64,000 nucleotides of DNA from an uncultured Oscillospiraceae bacterium. GTDB taxonomy: Bacteria; Bacillota; Clostridia; Oscillospirales; QAMX01. The stretch is from positions 1,786 to 65,785 of the forward strand of contig CAZEUG010000008.1 of assembly GCA_964515055.1 (NCBI GenBank), in the 5' to 3' direction. The notes below the pieces were generated by a model. That model did no database searches. It was not told where the DNA came from and saw nothing but the letters and a program-made list of their open reading frames with translations. Below are positions 1 to 9,957 of this stretch, one piece after another (the first letter of the stretch is position 1; each line of letters begins with the position of its first letter). The translations under genes and the position numbers were made by a program.

Positions 1-1195
1 GCTCTCCGCTTCCGTGTCGGCCGGACTCTGTTCGGTCGGTGCAGACGTCATCAGCCTCGGCGTTGTTCCGACACCGGCGGTGGCGTATCTGGTTGAAAAG
101 TACAAGGCGGATGCAGGCGTCATGATCTCTGCATCGCACAACACCTCGGAATATAACGGCATCAAGATCTTCAGCGGGGACGGCTTCAAGTTGCCGGATG
201 CGCTGGAGGAACGCATTGAAGACCTGCTGCTGAACCGCACGGAGGAACCGCAGACGGTCAGCGGCGACGGCATCGGCAAAATCACAATGCGCCCGACTGC
301 TGCAAAGGATTATATCGATCACCTGAAATCCAGTGTCCCGTATTCGCTGGACGGACTGCGTGTGGCCGTTGACTGCGCCAACGGCTCTGCCAGCGTGACG
401 GCTGAAAAGCTGTTCACCTCTCTGGGCGCGGAGGTGCAGCTGCTGTTCCATACGCCGGACGGCGTGAACATCAACTGCGGTTGCGGCTCCACCCATACGG
501 AAGCGCTGGCGGCCTATGTGGTGGAGCATCAGCTGGACGCGGGCATTGCCTTTGACGGCGACGCGGATCGCTGCCTGTGCGTCGATGAAACCGGGAAGCT
601 GGTGGACGGTGACATGATCATGGCGATTTGCGCCGCGGACATGGCCGAACGCGGGAAGCTCTCCCGGAAGACTGTCGTTGGAACGATCATGAGTAATTTC
701 GGCTTCAGCCGCTTCTGCGAGGAAAACGGCCTGCGCTTCATCGCGACGAAGGTCGGTGACCGGTTCGTGCTGGAGGAAATGCTGCTGGAGGATTATTCGT
801 TTGGCGGGGAACAGTCCGGGCATATTATTTTCCGCGACTTCGCAACCACCGGTGATGGCCAGCTGACAGCCGTTCAGCTGCTTTCCATGATGCGGAGAAA
901 TGGCAAAAAGCTCTCGGAAATGGCCGCTGTCATGACCCGTTATCCGCAGGAAATGGTCAATGTCAAGGTTTCGGCGGAGGGTAAGCTGCTGTTCTATACC
1001 GATCGTGCCGTGCGGGAGAGCATCGATGAAGCCAAACGCACCCTTGGCCGCGACGGCCGCATTGTTGTCCGACCGTCTGGAACAGAACCGCTGATTCGCG
1101 TCATGGCGGAAGGGCAGAACGTGGAGGAAATCCGCAAAATTGCAGAAACTGTTGCCGACGTCATCCGGGAACGCCTCGGACAGGCAAATGAATAG
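1..1195 (+). CDS. glmM: Phosphoglucosamine mutase (5' end truncated by the window)
   Basis: ISASHN active-site Ser motif, FDGDADR metal-binding loop, GGEQSGH, and C-terminal RPSGTEPLIRVMAEG. Confidence 0.95.
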   Translation, partial: LSASVSAGLCSVGADVISLGVVPTPAVAYLVEKYKADAGVMISASHNTSEYNGIKIFSGDGFKLPDALEERIEDLLLNRTEEPQTVSGDGIGKITMRPTAAKDYIDHLKSSVPYSLDGLRVAVDCANGSASVTAEKLFTSLGAEVQLLFHTPDGVNINCGCGSTHTEALAAYVVEHQLDAGIAFDGDADRCLCVDETGKLVDGDMIMAICAADMAERGKLSRKTVVGTIMSNFGFSRFCEENGLRFIATKVGDRFVLEEMLLEDYSFGGEQSGHIIFRDFATTGDGQLTAVQLLSMMRRNGKKLSEMAAVMTRYPQEMVNVKVSAEGKLLFYTDRAVRESIDEAKRTLGRDGRIVVRPSGTEPLIRVMAEGQNVEEIRKIAETVADVIRERLGQANE

Positions 1196-1210
1196 AAAGC
1201 TGGGACATCC

Positions 1211-2017
1211 ATGGAACCATTTTACAATCAACTGCTGGAGCCGGTCTGTGAGGCTGTCCGCGAAGCCGGAGCCATCATTCGCGGCGCAGCGTGCTATCAG
1301 GGCGATGGAATGCAGAAAAGCGGTGATCGAAACTACGTCACGGAGTATGACATCTGCGTGCAGAACCATCTGCATGAAGTGCTGACGCGGATTTGCCCGG
1401 AAGCCGCCTTCTGCGGGGAGGAAAACGGCGAACAGGGTGACGGGGAGCTGACGTGGATTGTTGACCCGATCGACGGCACCTCCAATTTCATCCATGGCAC
1501 CGGGATGAGTGCCGTGTCGGTTGCACTGGCCAGACCCGCGGACAATGAGCCGCTGCTCGCCGCGATCTACTGCCCGTATGCGGATGAGATGTTTACCGCG
1601 CTGCGCGGCGGCGGTGCCTTCCTGAACGGCCGTCGCATCCACGTCTCGACACACGACTACGCACACGCGCTGATCGCGTTCGGTACCACGCCGTATGAAC
1701 GCTCCCGCGCGGAGGCGACCTTCGCCCTGCTGGCCGCCGTCTACCGGGATTCGCTCGACATTCGCCGGAGCGGAAGCGCCGCACTCGATCTGGCCTATGT
1801 CGCGGCCGGTCGGCTGGACGGATTTTTTGAAATGACGCTTCAACCCTGGGATTTTGCGGCGGGCGCTCTGCTGATCACGGAGGCGGGCGGAACCATTACC
1901 CGGTTCTGCGGCGAAACGCCGGATTTTCGCCGCCCGTCCAGCATCCTGACAGGCAATCCGACCGTCTATCCCGTGCTGGCCAGGCTGGCTGCGCCCTATG
2001 CGGAACAGGTCTGGTGA
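1211..2017 (+). CDS. Inositol monophosphatase family protein (SuhB-like)
   Basis: WIVDPIDGTSNF, RRSGSAALDLAYVAAGRLDG and WDFAAG motifs. Confidence 0.9.
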   Translation: MEPFYNQLLEPVCEAVREAGAIIRGAACYQGDGMQKSGDRNYVTEYDICVQNHLHEVLTRICPEAAFCGEENGEQGDGELTWIVDPIDGTSNFIHGTGMSAVSVALARPADNEPLLAAIYCPYADEMFTALRGGGAFLNGRRIHVSTHDYAHALIAFGTTPYERSRAEATFALLAAVYRDSLDIRRSGSAALDLAYVAAGRLDGFFEMTLQPWDFAAGALLITEAGGTITRFCGETPDFRRPSSILTGNPTVYPVLARLAAPYAEQVW

Positions 2018-2071
2018 CGGCTGCCGCATCGGACACGCTTCCAAATCATACTGAACGGAGGATGCAATCCT

Positions 2072-2989
2072 ATGGGACTTCTTTCTGCACTGGAATCCAT
2101 TCGGACTCCTTTTCTGGATCGGGTATTTCTCTGCATCACGCAGCTCGGCGGAGAAATCGCGTTTACAGCGGTCATTCTGATCGCGCTCTGGTGCGTGAAT
2201 AAGCGCGCCGGGTTCTGGATGTTCTTTTCCTGGGGCTGCGGTACCGCGCTGAACCAGACGGTGAAGGCGCTCTGCAAAATTCCGCGCCCCTGGGTGCGTG
2301 ACCCGTCACTGACGCCGGTGGATGCAGCACTGGACGGGGAATTTGCGGCCCGGGATTATTCCTTCCCGAGCGGCCATACACAATCCGTTCTGGGGCTCTT
2401 TGGCTCTCTGTCGGTCTTTGCCCGCCGCCGCTGGATGACCATCCTCAGCGCCTGTCTTGTTCTGTTGACCGGCCTGTCCCGGCTGTATCTCGGCGTCCAT
2501 ACACCGACCGACATTGTTGGCGCCATCCTGATCGGTCTGGCCATCGTCTTCCTGATGGCATGGCTCTCTTCACTGGAAGCGGACAAACCCTGGATTTCCT
2601 GGGTGGCCGGTGGCGTTCTGATTGCGCTGTCGCTCATCCTGCTGATCTATACATCGCTGAGCGACCTGACGGATCCGAGCATCGCGGAGGCTGCCAAGCA
2701 CGGCTGGGAGATGCTGGGTGCATCAATCGGACTGACTGCGGCCTGGCAGCTCGATCGGAAATGGCTGCATTTCGACACTCGCGCTGTCTGGTACGCACAG
2801 ATTGCCAAAATGGCAGTCGGTCTGGTCTTTGCACTGCTGATCTGGCAGGGGCTGAAGCAGCCACTGCTGAACCTCTTCCACGGCAGCCACGTGGCAGACG
2901 GTGTTCGCTATCTGCTGCTGGCGCTGTTCGCCGGATTTGTCTATCCGCTGACCTTCCGCTTCTGGTCCCGCCTGGGCTCAAAAAAATAA
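2072..2989 (+). CDS. PAP2-family membrane phosphatase
   Basis: KxxxxxPRP, SFPSGH and SRLYLGVHTPTD motifs; multiple hydrophobic segments; GGAGG RBS. Confidence 0.9.
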   Translation: MGLLSALESIRTPFLDRVFLCITQLGGEIAFTAVILIALWCVNKRAGFWMFFSWGCGTALNQTVKALCKIPRPWVRDPSLTPVDAALDGEFAARDYSFPSGHTQSVLGLFGSLSVFARRRWMTILSACLVLLTGLSRLYLGVHTPTDIVGAILIGLAIVFLMAWLSSLEADKPWISWVAGGVLIALSLILLIYTSLSDLTDPSIAEAAKHGWEMLGASIGLTAAWQLDRKWLHFDTRAVWYAQIAKMAVGLVFALLIWQGLKQPLLNLFHGSHVADGVRYLLLALFAGFVYPLTFRFWSRLGSKK

Positions 2990-3001
2990 AGACAGGGAAA
3001 C

Positions 3002-3035
3002 AGAGCCGTGTATCCACGTGGATACGCGGCTCTTT
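3002..3035 (+). terminator. Probable intrinsic terminator
   Basis: Hairpin AGAGCCGTGTATCC...GGATACGCGGCTCT followed by a short T run, just after the PAP2 stop. Confidence 0.6.
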
Positions 3036-3040
3036 CCAAT

Positions 3041-3070
3041 GCACCCTTTCGGAAAAGCGGTCATATGCTG
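3041..3070 (+). promoter_or_regulatory. Putative sigma-K promoter of spoVFAB
   Basis: AC(3043)-N17-CATAtgcTG matches the sigK consensus AC-N16/17-CATANNNTA; spoVFAB is sigK-dependent in B. subtilis. Confidence 0.6.
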
Positions 3071-3092
3071 GAGTGAGGGGGGATCTTCAACT

Positions 3093-3950
3093 GTGAAAGC
3101 TGCAATGATCGGCGGCGATCTGCGGCATCTCTATGCTGCGGATGCGCTGGAACGTCAGAACTGTCCGACCAGTCTGTTTGGACTGGAGCTGTGTGAACAG
3201 ACGGGCAACCGCCGTCAGGCGCAAAGCCTTTCGGAGGCGGTGACCGGGGCAGATTTTCTGCTGCTTCCACTCCCGATGGAGGTGGAGGCGCAGCGGCTGA
3301 ATGCGCCATTCGCCCGGATGCCCATTGCAATGCCGGAGCTGCTGAAATGCGTCCCGGCAGACCTACCCATCTTTGGCGGCAAAGTGCATGAAGCACAACA
3401 CCGTCAGCACCCGAACCTGTACGACTACGCCGAAGAGGAGACGTTTCAAATTCAAAACGCCGTGATCACGGCGGAGGGTGCCGTTCAGCTCGCAATGGAA
3501 ACAATGCTCGGCACACTGCATGGCTCCCGGTGCCTCGTGATCGGCTATGGTCGCATCGGCAAAGTGTTGGCCGGAATGCTGCACGGTCTGGGGGCACGGG
3601 TCTGCGTGTCGGCCAGACGACCGGAGGATCGGGCGTGGATTCGTGCGGCCGGATATGAGGCGCTGGAAATCGGCGCACTGGACGGGTACCTGGGCGGTAT
3701 GCAGATGGTCTTCAATACGGTTCCGGCGCGGATTTTGACCGATATACGGCTGCGTGAGTTGCCAGCAGAGACGCCGATTCTGGATTTGGCCAGCCTGCCG
3801 GGCGGCGTTGATTTCGAAGCGGCACGCGCACAGAATCGGAAGGTGCTGCACGCACTGGCCTTGCCCGGCAAAACTGCGCCAGCTGCGGCGGGAGAAGCGA
3901 TTGCGGACACTGTGCTGCAAATGCTCCGGAAGATCAAAAGCCCCGGATGA
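3093..3950 (+). CDS. spoVFA: Dipicolinate synthase subunit A
   Basis: IGGDLR, NAVITAEGA, GYGRIGK, DLASLPGGVDF and LALPGKTAP motifs; GTG start after GAGGGGG. Confidence 0.92.
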   Translation: MKAAMIGGDLRHLYAADALERQNCPTSLFGLELCEQTGNRRQAQSLSEAVTGADFLLLPLPMEVEAQRLNAPFARMPIAMPELLKCVPADLPIFGGKVHEAQHRQHPNLYDYAEEETFQIQNAVITAEGAVQLAMETMLGTLHGSRCLVIGYGRIGKVLAGMLHGLGARVCVSARRPEDRAWIRAAGYEALEIGALDGYLGGMQMVFNTVPARILTDIRLRELPAETPILDLASLPGGVDFEAARAQNRKVLHALALPGKTAPAAAGEAIADTVLQMLRKIKSPG

Positions 3951-4027
3951 ATCGCGGTGAAGCGGAAAGACCGCAGCCGGCCGCACCGCCGCGCATTTCT
4001 TGGCTGCGGGGAAACGGTGAAAAATGG

Positions 4028-4627
4028 ATGGATAGCAAGAGCAGCGGACGCCGAATGGGCTTTGCACTGAGCGGTTCGTTCTGTACATTTGCCCGCGTGC
4101 TGGATACGCTTGCGGCGCTGGTGGCAGATGGCTGGGAGATCACGCCGATCATGAGCACACAGAGCGCGACAACGGATACACGGTTCGGCACGGCAGCGTC
4201 CTTCCGCACACGGCTGTCGGCACTCTGCGGACGACCGGTGATTGATACCATTGCGGCTGCAGAGCCGATCGGGCCGAAAAAATGTCTGGATGTGCTCGTT
4301 GTGGCACCGGCAACCGGCAACACGCTGGCGAAAATCGCCGCAGGAATCGCAGATACGCCGCCGACGCTGGCGGTGAAATCACACCTCCGCAACGAACGCC
4401 CGGTTGTTCTGGCGGTCTCTACCAATGACGGTCTGGGCGGCAATGGTGCCAATATCGGCGCACTGATGGCGCGAAAACACATCTACCTGGTTCCCTTCGG
4501 ACAGGATGACCCGAAGGGAAAGCCAAACTCGCTCGTCGCGGATTTCAGCCTGATCGGAGCGACGGCCGAGGCGGCGCTCCGCCGGACGCAGCTGCAACCG
4601 CTTCTGCTGCGGAGAACCGACGAATAA
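4028..4627 (+). CDS. spoVFB: Dipicolinate synthase subunit B
   Basis: GFALSGSFCT, AEPIGPK, APATGNTLAK and VPFGQDDP..KPNSL motifs; follows spoVFA. Confidence 0.93.
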   Translation: MDSKSSGRRMGFALSGSFCTFARVLDTLAALVADGWEITPIMSTQSATTDTRFGTAASFRTRLSALCGRPVIDTIAAAEPIGPKKCLDVLVVAPATGNTLAKIAAGIADTPPTLAVKSHLRNERPVVLAVSTNDGLGGNGANIGALMARKHIYLVPFGQDDPKGKPNSLVADFSLIGATAEAALRRTQLQPLLLRRTDE

Positions 4628-4630
4628 ACT

Positions 4631-4669
4631 GCGGCGGAACGGGTTCGTAGCCCGCTCCGCCGTTTTTTT
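4631..4669 (+). terminator. Intrinsic terminator
   Basis: GC stem CGGCGGA...TCCGCCG followed by T7. Confidence 0.75.
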
Positions 4670-4794
4670 CTGCGCTGTTTACAGAAAATGCTTTACTTAT
4701 TGAATGAAATCAGCTATAATGACAGCATGATAAATGTGGAATCTTCAATCGGGAGTTCTCTCCCGAAAACCGATCAATTTTCAGGAGAACTGCT

Positions 4795-5745
4795 ATGAAC
4801 AGAGAACCAATGGAAACCATGGAAAACAGACGCCCGCTGGAAACGGTGGAGCTGCCGGAGTGGGGCAGACTGATTGCACAAACGCCGGAAGCAGCGGTGC
4901 AGCAGGCGGAAACCGCCTATGGAGATGCAGTGGCCGCCGTTGCACGGACGTGCCTTGAGCGGAGCGCATCTGTGATTTTGCTGTGCGGGCCATCGGCAGG
5001 CGGTAAGACGACGACGGCGCAGCGGATTCGGGCGGAGCTGCAGCGACTGGGCGCAGAGGCGGTGCGCGTTTCTCTGGACGATTTTTACAGGCCGCACGAC
5101 CAGATGCCGCGCTGGGAGGACGGAACAACCGACTATGAGAGCGTGGAATGTCTGGACATCCCGTGCTATGAATCGTGTATGCAGAGCCTGCTGCAAACCG
5201 GCACCGCACAGCTGCCGGTCTATCACTTTCAGGACGAAGCATCCCGGATGACACGGGCGCTCTGCTGCACAGCCGACAGCATCCTGATTGTAGAAGGGCT
5301 GCACGCGCTGAATCCGTCCCTGTCTGCCGTATTCGAAGGCCGCACCATTCTGCGCGTCTACCTCAGCACGCATACGAATTTCTGCCGACAGGGGACAGTG
5401 TGCCTCCCGGCCAAATCCCTGCGCCTCTGTCGGCGGATGCTGCGCGACATCCGTCACCGCCATACGGAAGCGGATGAAACGCTGTCGCTCTGGAAATACG
5501 TCCGGATGGGCGAGGAACGATACATCCATCCCTTCCGCCACACGGCAGACTGCTACATCAATACGGCGCACGCCTATGAGCCGTTTCTGTATGCAGAGGC
5601 GATGACGGAGAGCCTGCAGCACGATACTCTGTCGGCCGAAAACCGCGCCATGGCCGATCAGCTGCTGGCGGGCTGTGCCGACCTGCCACGGCTGGGGAGC
5701 GAATGGATTCCGAAAACATCCCTGATTCAGGAGTTTATCGGCTGA
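4795..5745 (+). CDS. Nucleoside/uridine kinase family protein
   Basis: P-loop GPSAGGKTT, SLDDFY, IVEGLHALNP and GEERYIHPF motifs. Confidence 0.8.
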   Translation: MNREPMETMENRRPLETVELPEWGRLIAQTPEAAVQQAETAYGDAVAAVARTCLERSASVILLCGPSAGGKTTTAQRIRAELQRLGAEAVRVSLDDFYRPHDQMPRWEDGTTDYESVECLDIPCYESCMQSLLQTGTAQLPVYHFQDEASRMTRALCCTADSILIVEGLHALNPSLSAVFEGRTILRVYLSTHTNFCRQGTVCLPAKSLRLCRRMLRDIRHRHTEADETLSLWKYVRMGEERYIHPFRHTADCYINTAHAYEPFLYAEAMTESLQHDTLSAENRAMADQLLAGCADLPRLGSEWIPKTSLIQEFIG

Positions 5746-5872
5746 ACCAGTTGTTTTTCGGTATGCGGGGAGTTGCTTTTACAGGGGATTTGTGATATAA
5801 TCAAAAGGCTATCAAAATCATTTCCGCTTCCGCCGCCTGGCGGAAAGCTTCAGAGGATAAAGGGGATCACAT

Positions 5873-7525
5873 ATGGACTATCACGCGCTGGCCGATTTAT
5901 TATATCCTGCCATCCGGACACTCCCGGAGGACATGGAAAAACGCTACCCGCCGCGACAGCTGCCGGAGGGAGCCAAGGTTACCCGCTTTGCTCCGTCGCC
6001 GACCGGCTTCCTGCATATCGGAAACCTGTACGGCGCTTTTACGGATGAACGCCTGGCACATACGACGGACGGCGTATTTTACCTCCGCATCGAGGATACG
6101 GACGCCAAACGCACGGTGCCAAACGGCGTCGCGCTGATCATTGAAACGCTGGCCAAACTGGGCGTCTGCTTCGACGAAGGCGCCGTCATTGACGGCGACC
6201 GCGGCGCATACGGGCCGTATCGCCAGAGCGAGCGCGCCGAAATTTATCAGACCTATGCCAAACAGCTGATCCGCGAGGGAAAGGCCTATCCCTGCTTCTG
6301 CACGGAGGCAGAGCTGGAGGAGATCCGTGCCCGTCAGGAAGCGGAAAAGAAAACGCCGGGGTATTACGGCGAATATGCCGTCTGGCGTGATGCACCGATG
6401 GAACGGATTCAGTCGGCGCTGGCTGAGGGCAAGCCGTTTGTTCTGCGCTTCCGTTCGGAGGGTGACGTTTCCCATAAATTCAAGTTCACCGATGAAATCA
6501 AAGGCGTCATTGACGTCACGGAAAATGACGTCGATCATGTCATTCTGAAAAGCGACGGCATCCCGACCTACCATTTTGCCCACGCCGTGGATGATCACCT
6601 CATGCGGACGACCCATGTTGTCCGGGATGAGAGCTGGCTGTCCACGCTCCCGTTCCATATCCAGCTTTTCCAGGCGCTGGGCTTCCGCCTTCCGAAATAC
6701 TGCCACACGGCGCAGGTGCTGAAGCTGGAAGACGGCAACAAACGGAAAATTTCCAAGCGCAAGGATCCGGAAGCTGCCCTGACGTTCTATCATGCGGAGG
6801 GCTATCCGTCGGCTGCCACACGGGAATACCTGATGACTCTCCTGAACTCCAACTTCGAGGAGTGGCGCATGGCGAACCCGACCGCCCCGATTGAAGCGTT
6901 CCGGTTCACGACCAAAAAAATGAGCGTTTCCGGCTCTCTCTTTGATCTGGATAAGCTGAACGATATTTCCAAAAACGTGATTTCCCGGATGACGGCGGAA
7001 GAGGTGTACGCACAATCGCTTCGCTGGGCGCAGGAATTCGACCCGTCGTTTGCAGCTGTCTTCGGCGAAGACGCCGCCTATGGCCAGTCGATTCTGGCCA
7101 TTGGCCGTGGCGGTGCGAAGCCCCGGAAGGATTTGACCACCTGGAAGGATGTCCGGAACTACGTTGCCTTCTTCTATGAAGCGCTTTTTGAACCCGAATA
7201 TGACCTGCCGGCGCAGTGCAGCCCGGAGGACGCGGTTGCCATCTGCCAGCGGTTTGACGCGGTCTGGGATCCGGCAGATGATCAGCCGACCTGGTTTGCC
7301 AAAATCAAGCAGATTGCAGCCGATCTCGGCTATGCGCCGGAAACCAAGCTCTACAAAAAGGATCCCTCTGCTTATCGCGGCCATGTGGGCGATGTCAGCA
7401 TGGTGCTCCGTGTTGCGGTCACCGGCCGACAAAATTCGCCGGATCTTTATGAAGTTATGCGCATTCTGGGTCGTGAGCGGACATCGGCACGCTTGCAGGC
7501 CATGATTCAAACTGAAAAGGACTGA
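5873..7525 (+). CDS. gltX: Glutamate--tRNA ligase
   Basis: TRFAPSPTGFLHIG, LRIEDTD and KISKRK motifs; upstream promoter TTGCTT-N17-TATAAT. Confidence 0.95.
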   Translation: MDYHALADLLYPAIRTLPEDMEKRYPPRQLPEGAKVTRFAPSPTGFLHIGNLYGAFTDERLAHTTDGVFYLRIEDTDAKRTVPNGVALIIETLAKLGVCFDEGAVIDGDRGAYGPYRQSERAEIYQTYAKQLIREGKAYPCFCTEAELEEIRARQEAEKKTPGYYGEYAVWRDAPMERIQSALAEGKPFVLRFRSEGDVSHKFKFTDEIKGVIDVTENDVDHVILKSDGIPTYHFAHAVDDHLMRTTHVVRDESWLSTLPFHIQLFQALGFRLPKYCHTAQVLKLEDGNKRKISKRKDPEAALTFYHAEGYPSAATREYLMTLLNSNFEEWRMANPTAPIEAFRFTTKKMSVSGSLFDLDKLNDISKNVISRMTAEEVYAQSLRWAQEFDPSFAAVFGEDAAYGQSILAIGRGGAKPRKDLTTWKDVRNYVAFFYEALFEPEYDLPAQCSPEDAVAICQRFDAVWDPADDQPTWFAKIKQIAADLGYAPETKLYKKDPSAYRGHVGDVSMVLRVAVTGRQNSPDLYEVMRILGRERTSARLQAMIQTEKD

Positions 7526-7531
7526 TTTACG

Positions 7532-9181
7532 ATGGAAACCAACACTTCCTCTCATTTTATCCACGAAATTATTGACGCAGATCTCGCCGCCGGACGCGAA
7601 GACCATGTGCATACGCGTTTTCCACCGGAGCCGAACGGCTACCTCCATATCGGCAGCGCCAAAGCCATCTGGATTAACTACAGCACGGCCAAAAAATATG
7701 GCGGAAAATTCAACCTCCGGTACGACGATACGAACCCTGTCCGTGAGGATGATGAGTATGTCCGCTCGATCTATGAAGACATCTGCTGGCTCGGTGCCAA
7801 GCCGGATGCTGTTTTCTACGGCTCCGATTACTTTGACACCTGCTATGAAATCGCCGTTCAACTGATCAGGCAGGGTCTGGCCTATGTCTGCGACCTCTCC
7901 GCAGACGAAATGCGCGAATATCGCGGTACGCTGACCGAGCCCGGCCGGGAGAGCCCGTATCGGAACCGCAGCGTCGAGGAAAACCTGGATCTGTTTGAAC
8001 GGATGAAACAGGGTGAATTCCCGGACGGTTCCAAAACGCTGCGCGCCAAAATCGACATGGCCAGCCCGAACATGAACCTGCGCGATCCCGCAATTTACCG
8101 GATTCTCCACAAGGAGCATCACCGTCAGGGTACCAAGTGGTGCATCTACCCGCTATACGACTTTGCCCACCCGATTCAGGACGCAACGGAAGGCATCACG
8201 CATTCCCTCTGCTCCATTGAATTCGAAAACCACCGCCCGCTCTATGACTGGGTGGTGGAGCACAGCGGACTGGCGCACCATCCGCATCAGTATGAATTCG
8301 CTCGCCTGAACGTCACCAACACCGTGATGAGCAAGCGCTACCTGCGCGAAATGGTTGAAACCGGTCTGGTGGACGGTTGGGACGATCCTCGGATGCCGAC
8401 ACTCTGCGGCCTGCGCCGCCGCGGCTTCACGCCGGAATCCATCATTGAATTCGTCAAGCGCGCCGGTGTGGCCAAGGCCTATTCGCTCGTTGATATCGGC
8501 CTGCTCGAATTCTGCATCCGTGAGGAGCTGAACGCGTCCGCACCGCGCCGGATTGCCGTCGTTGACCCGGTGGACGTGGAGATTACCAACTACCCGGAGG
8601 GCAAAGAGGAATTCTTTGAACTGCCGAATCACCCGAATGACGAACAGGCCGGCACACGTACCGTCCGCTTCTCCAGACATCTGGTTGTTGACCGTGAGGA
8701 TTTTGCACTCGTTCCGCCGCCGAAGTTCTTCCGCCTCAAAAAGGGCGGCGAGGTTCGCCTGATGGGCGCGTATATCATCCGCTGCGATGAAGTGCAGACC
8801 GATGAAAACGGTCGCGTGACCAAGCTGCTCTGCACGGCTGATCTGGAAACCGGAAACGGCAACCCGGTCGATGGCCGCAAAGTCAAAGGGACGATTCACT
8901 GGCTGGATGCGGAAACAGCCGGCACGTGCGATGTCCGGCTGTATGACCGGCTCTTCACACTGGAAAACGTCTCCGATATCCCGGAGGGCAAAACCTACTC
9001 CGACTACATCAACCCGGATTCTCTGCAGCTCATGCAGGGCTGCCGGATTGAGCCGTGCCTGAAAACGGCGAAACCGGGTGATCGGTTCCAGTTTGTCCGC
9101 CTGGGTTACTTCTCCGCGGATTCCCGCTATGAAAACAGCTTCAATCGGATTGTCACACTCCGTGACAGCAAAGGCCGATAA
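7532..9181 (+). CDS. glnS: Glutamine--tRNA ligase
   Basis: TRFPPEPNGYLHIG, DDTNP, VMSKR, GWDDPRMPT and KVKGTIHW motifs. Confidence 0.95.
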   Translation: METNTSSHFIHEIIDADLAAGREDHVHTRFPPEPNGYLHIGSAKAIWINYSTAKKYGGKFNLRYDDTNPVREDDEYVRSIYEDICWLGAKPDAVFYGSDYFDTCYEIAVQLIRQGLAYVCDLSADEMREYRGTLTEPGRESPYRNRSVEENLDLFERMKQGEFPDGSKTLRAKIDMASPNMNLRDPAIYRILHKEHHRQGTKWCIYPLYDFAHPIQDATEGITHSLCSIEFENHRPLYDWVVEHSGLAHHPHQYEFARLNVTNTVMSKRYLREMVETGLVDGWDDPRMPTLCGLRRRGFTPESIIEFVKRAGVAKAYSLVDIGLLEFCIREELNASAPRRIAVVDPVDVEITNYPEGKEEFFELPNHPNDEQAGTRTVRFSRHLVVDREDFALVPPPKFFRLKKGGEVRLMGAYIIRCDEVQTDENGRVTKLLCTADLETGNGNPVDGRKVKGTIHWLDAETAGTCDVRLYDRLFTLENVSDIPEGKTYSDYINPDSLQLMQGCRIEPCLKTAKPGDRFQFVRLGYFSADSRYENSFNRIVTLRDSKGR

Positions 9182-9202
9182 ACATCCAATGGGAGGGAAA
9201 AC

Positions 9203-9940
9203 ATGTTGGAAATGCTGAAACAATACCTTGTTCAGGCGCTGTATCTGCTGCCGGGCATTGTCGTGGCACTGACCTTTCATGAGTTTGCCCATGCGTTTGT
9301 CTCGACGAAGCTGGGCGACCCGCTGCCCCGCGCAACGGGTCGTCTCTCCCTGAACCCTGCCAAGCACATCGACCCGCTCGGCTTTGTCATGCTCTTTCTC
9401 GTTCGCTTCGGCTGGGCCAAGCCCGTCGTCGTCGATTCCCGGTATTATAAGCATAAAAAGCTCGGCATGAGCCTCGTTGCGCTGGCGGGCCCCGTCGCCA
9501 ACCTCATCATGGCCTTTCTCTTTACGGCCTGCTCCATGCTGGTCGCCGTCCGCTACAATACGCTCTGGGCAGCCGGTACCACAGGAAAGGGCATGACGGC
9601 GCTTCTGGTCATCTACCAGCTGCTGACCATTGCTGTCAGCCTGAATATCGGTCTGGCCGTCTTCAACCTCATCCCGATTTCACCGCTGGATGGCTCCAAG
9701 CTGCTGGCGGCGTTCCTGCCGATGCGTGCATACAACAGGGTGCTGCAATATGAACGCTACGGCTTCCTGATTCTGCTGCTCCTACTGCTGGATGTCCCGG
9801 GACGCCTGCTCGGCATCTGCGGCGTGCCGTCCTCCATCACGCAATATGTCGATCTCAGCTATTATCTGAACTATGCGCGGGCGTTCCTGATGAATCTGTT
9901 TCAGGACATCTGGACGCCGGTGTTTGAGTTCTTCCTGTAA
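9203..9940 (+). CDS. Site-2 protease (M50) family protein
   Basis: HEFAH zinc motif, GWAKPV, AGPVAN and FNLIPISPLDG. Confidence 0.92.
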   Translation: MLEMLKQYLVQALYLLPGIVVALTFHEFAHAFVSTKLGDPLPRATGRLSLNPAKHIDPLGFVMLFLVRFGWAKPVVVDSRYYKHKKLGMSLVALAGPVANLIMAFLFTACSMLVAVRYNTLWAAGTTGKGMTALLVIYQLLTIAVSLNIGLAVFNLIPISPLDGSKLLAAFLPMRAYNRVLQYERYGFLILLLLLLDVPGRLLGICGVPSSITQYVDLSYYLNYARAFLMNLFQDIWTPVFEFFL

Positions 9941-9957
9941 ACGGCGGAGCGGTAGCA

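Noticed and set aside
5900-8122. 740-aa minus-strand ORF
   Set aside because: Antisense shadow of gltX/glnS with no motifs; expected in high-GC coding DNA.
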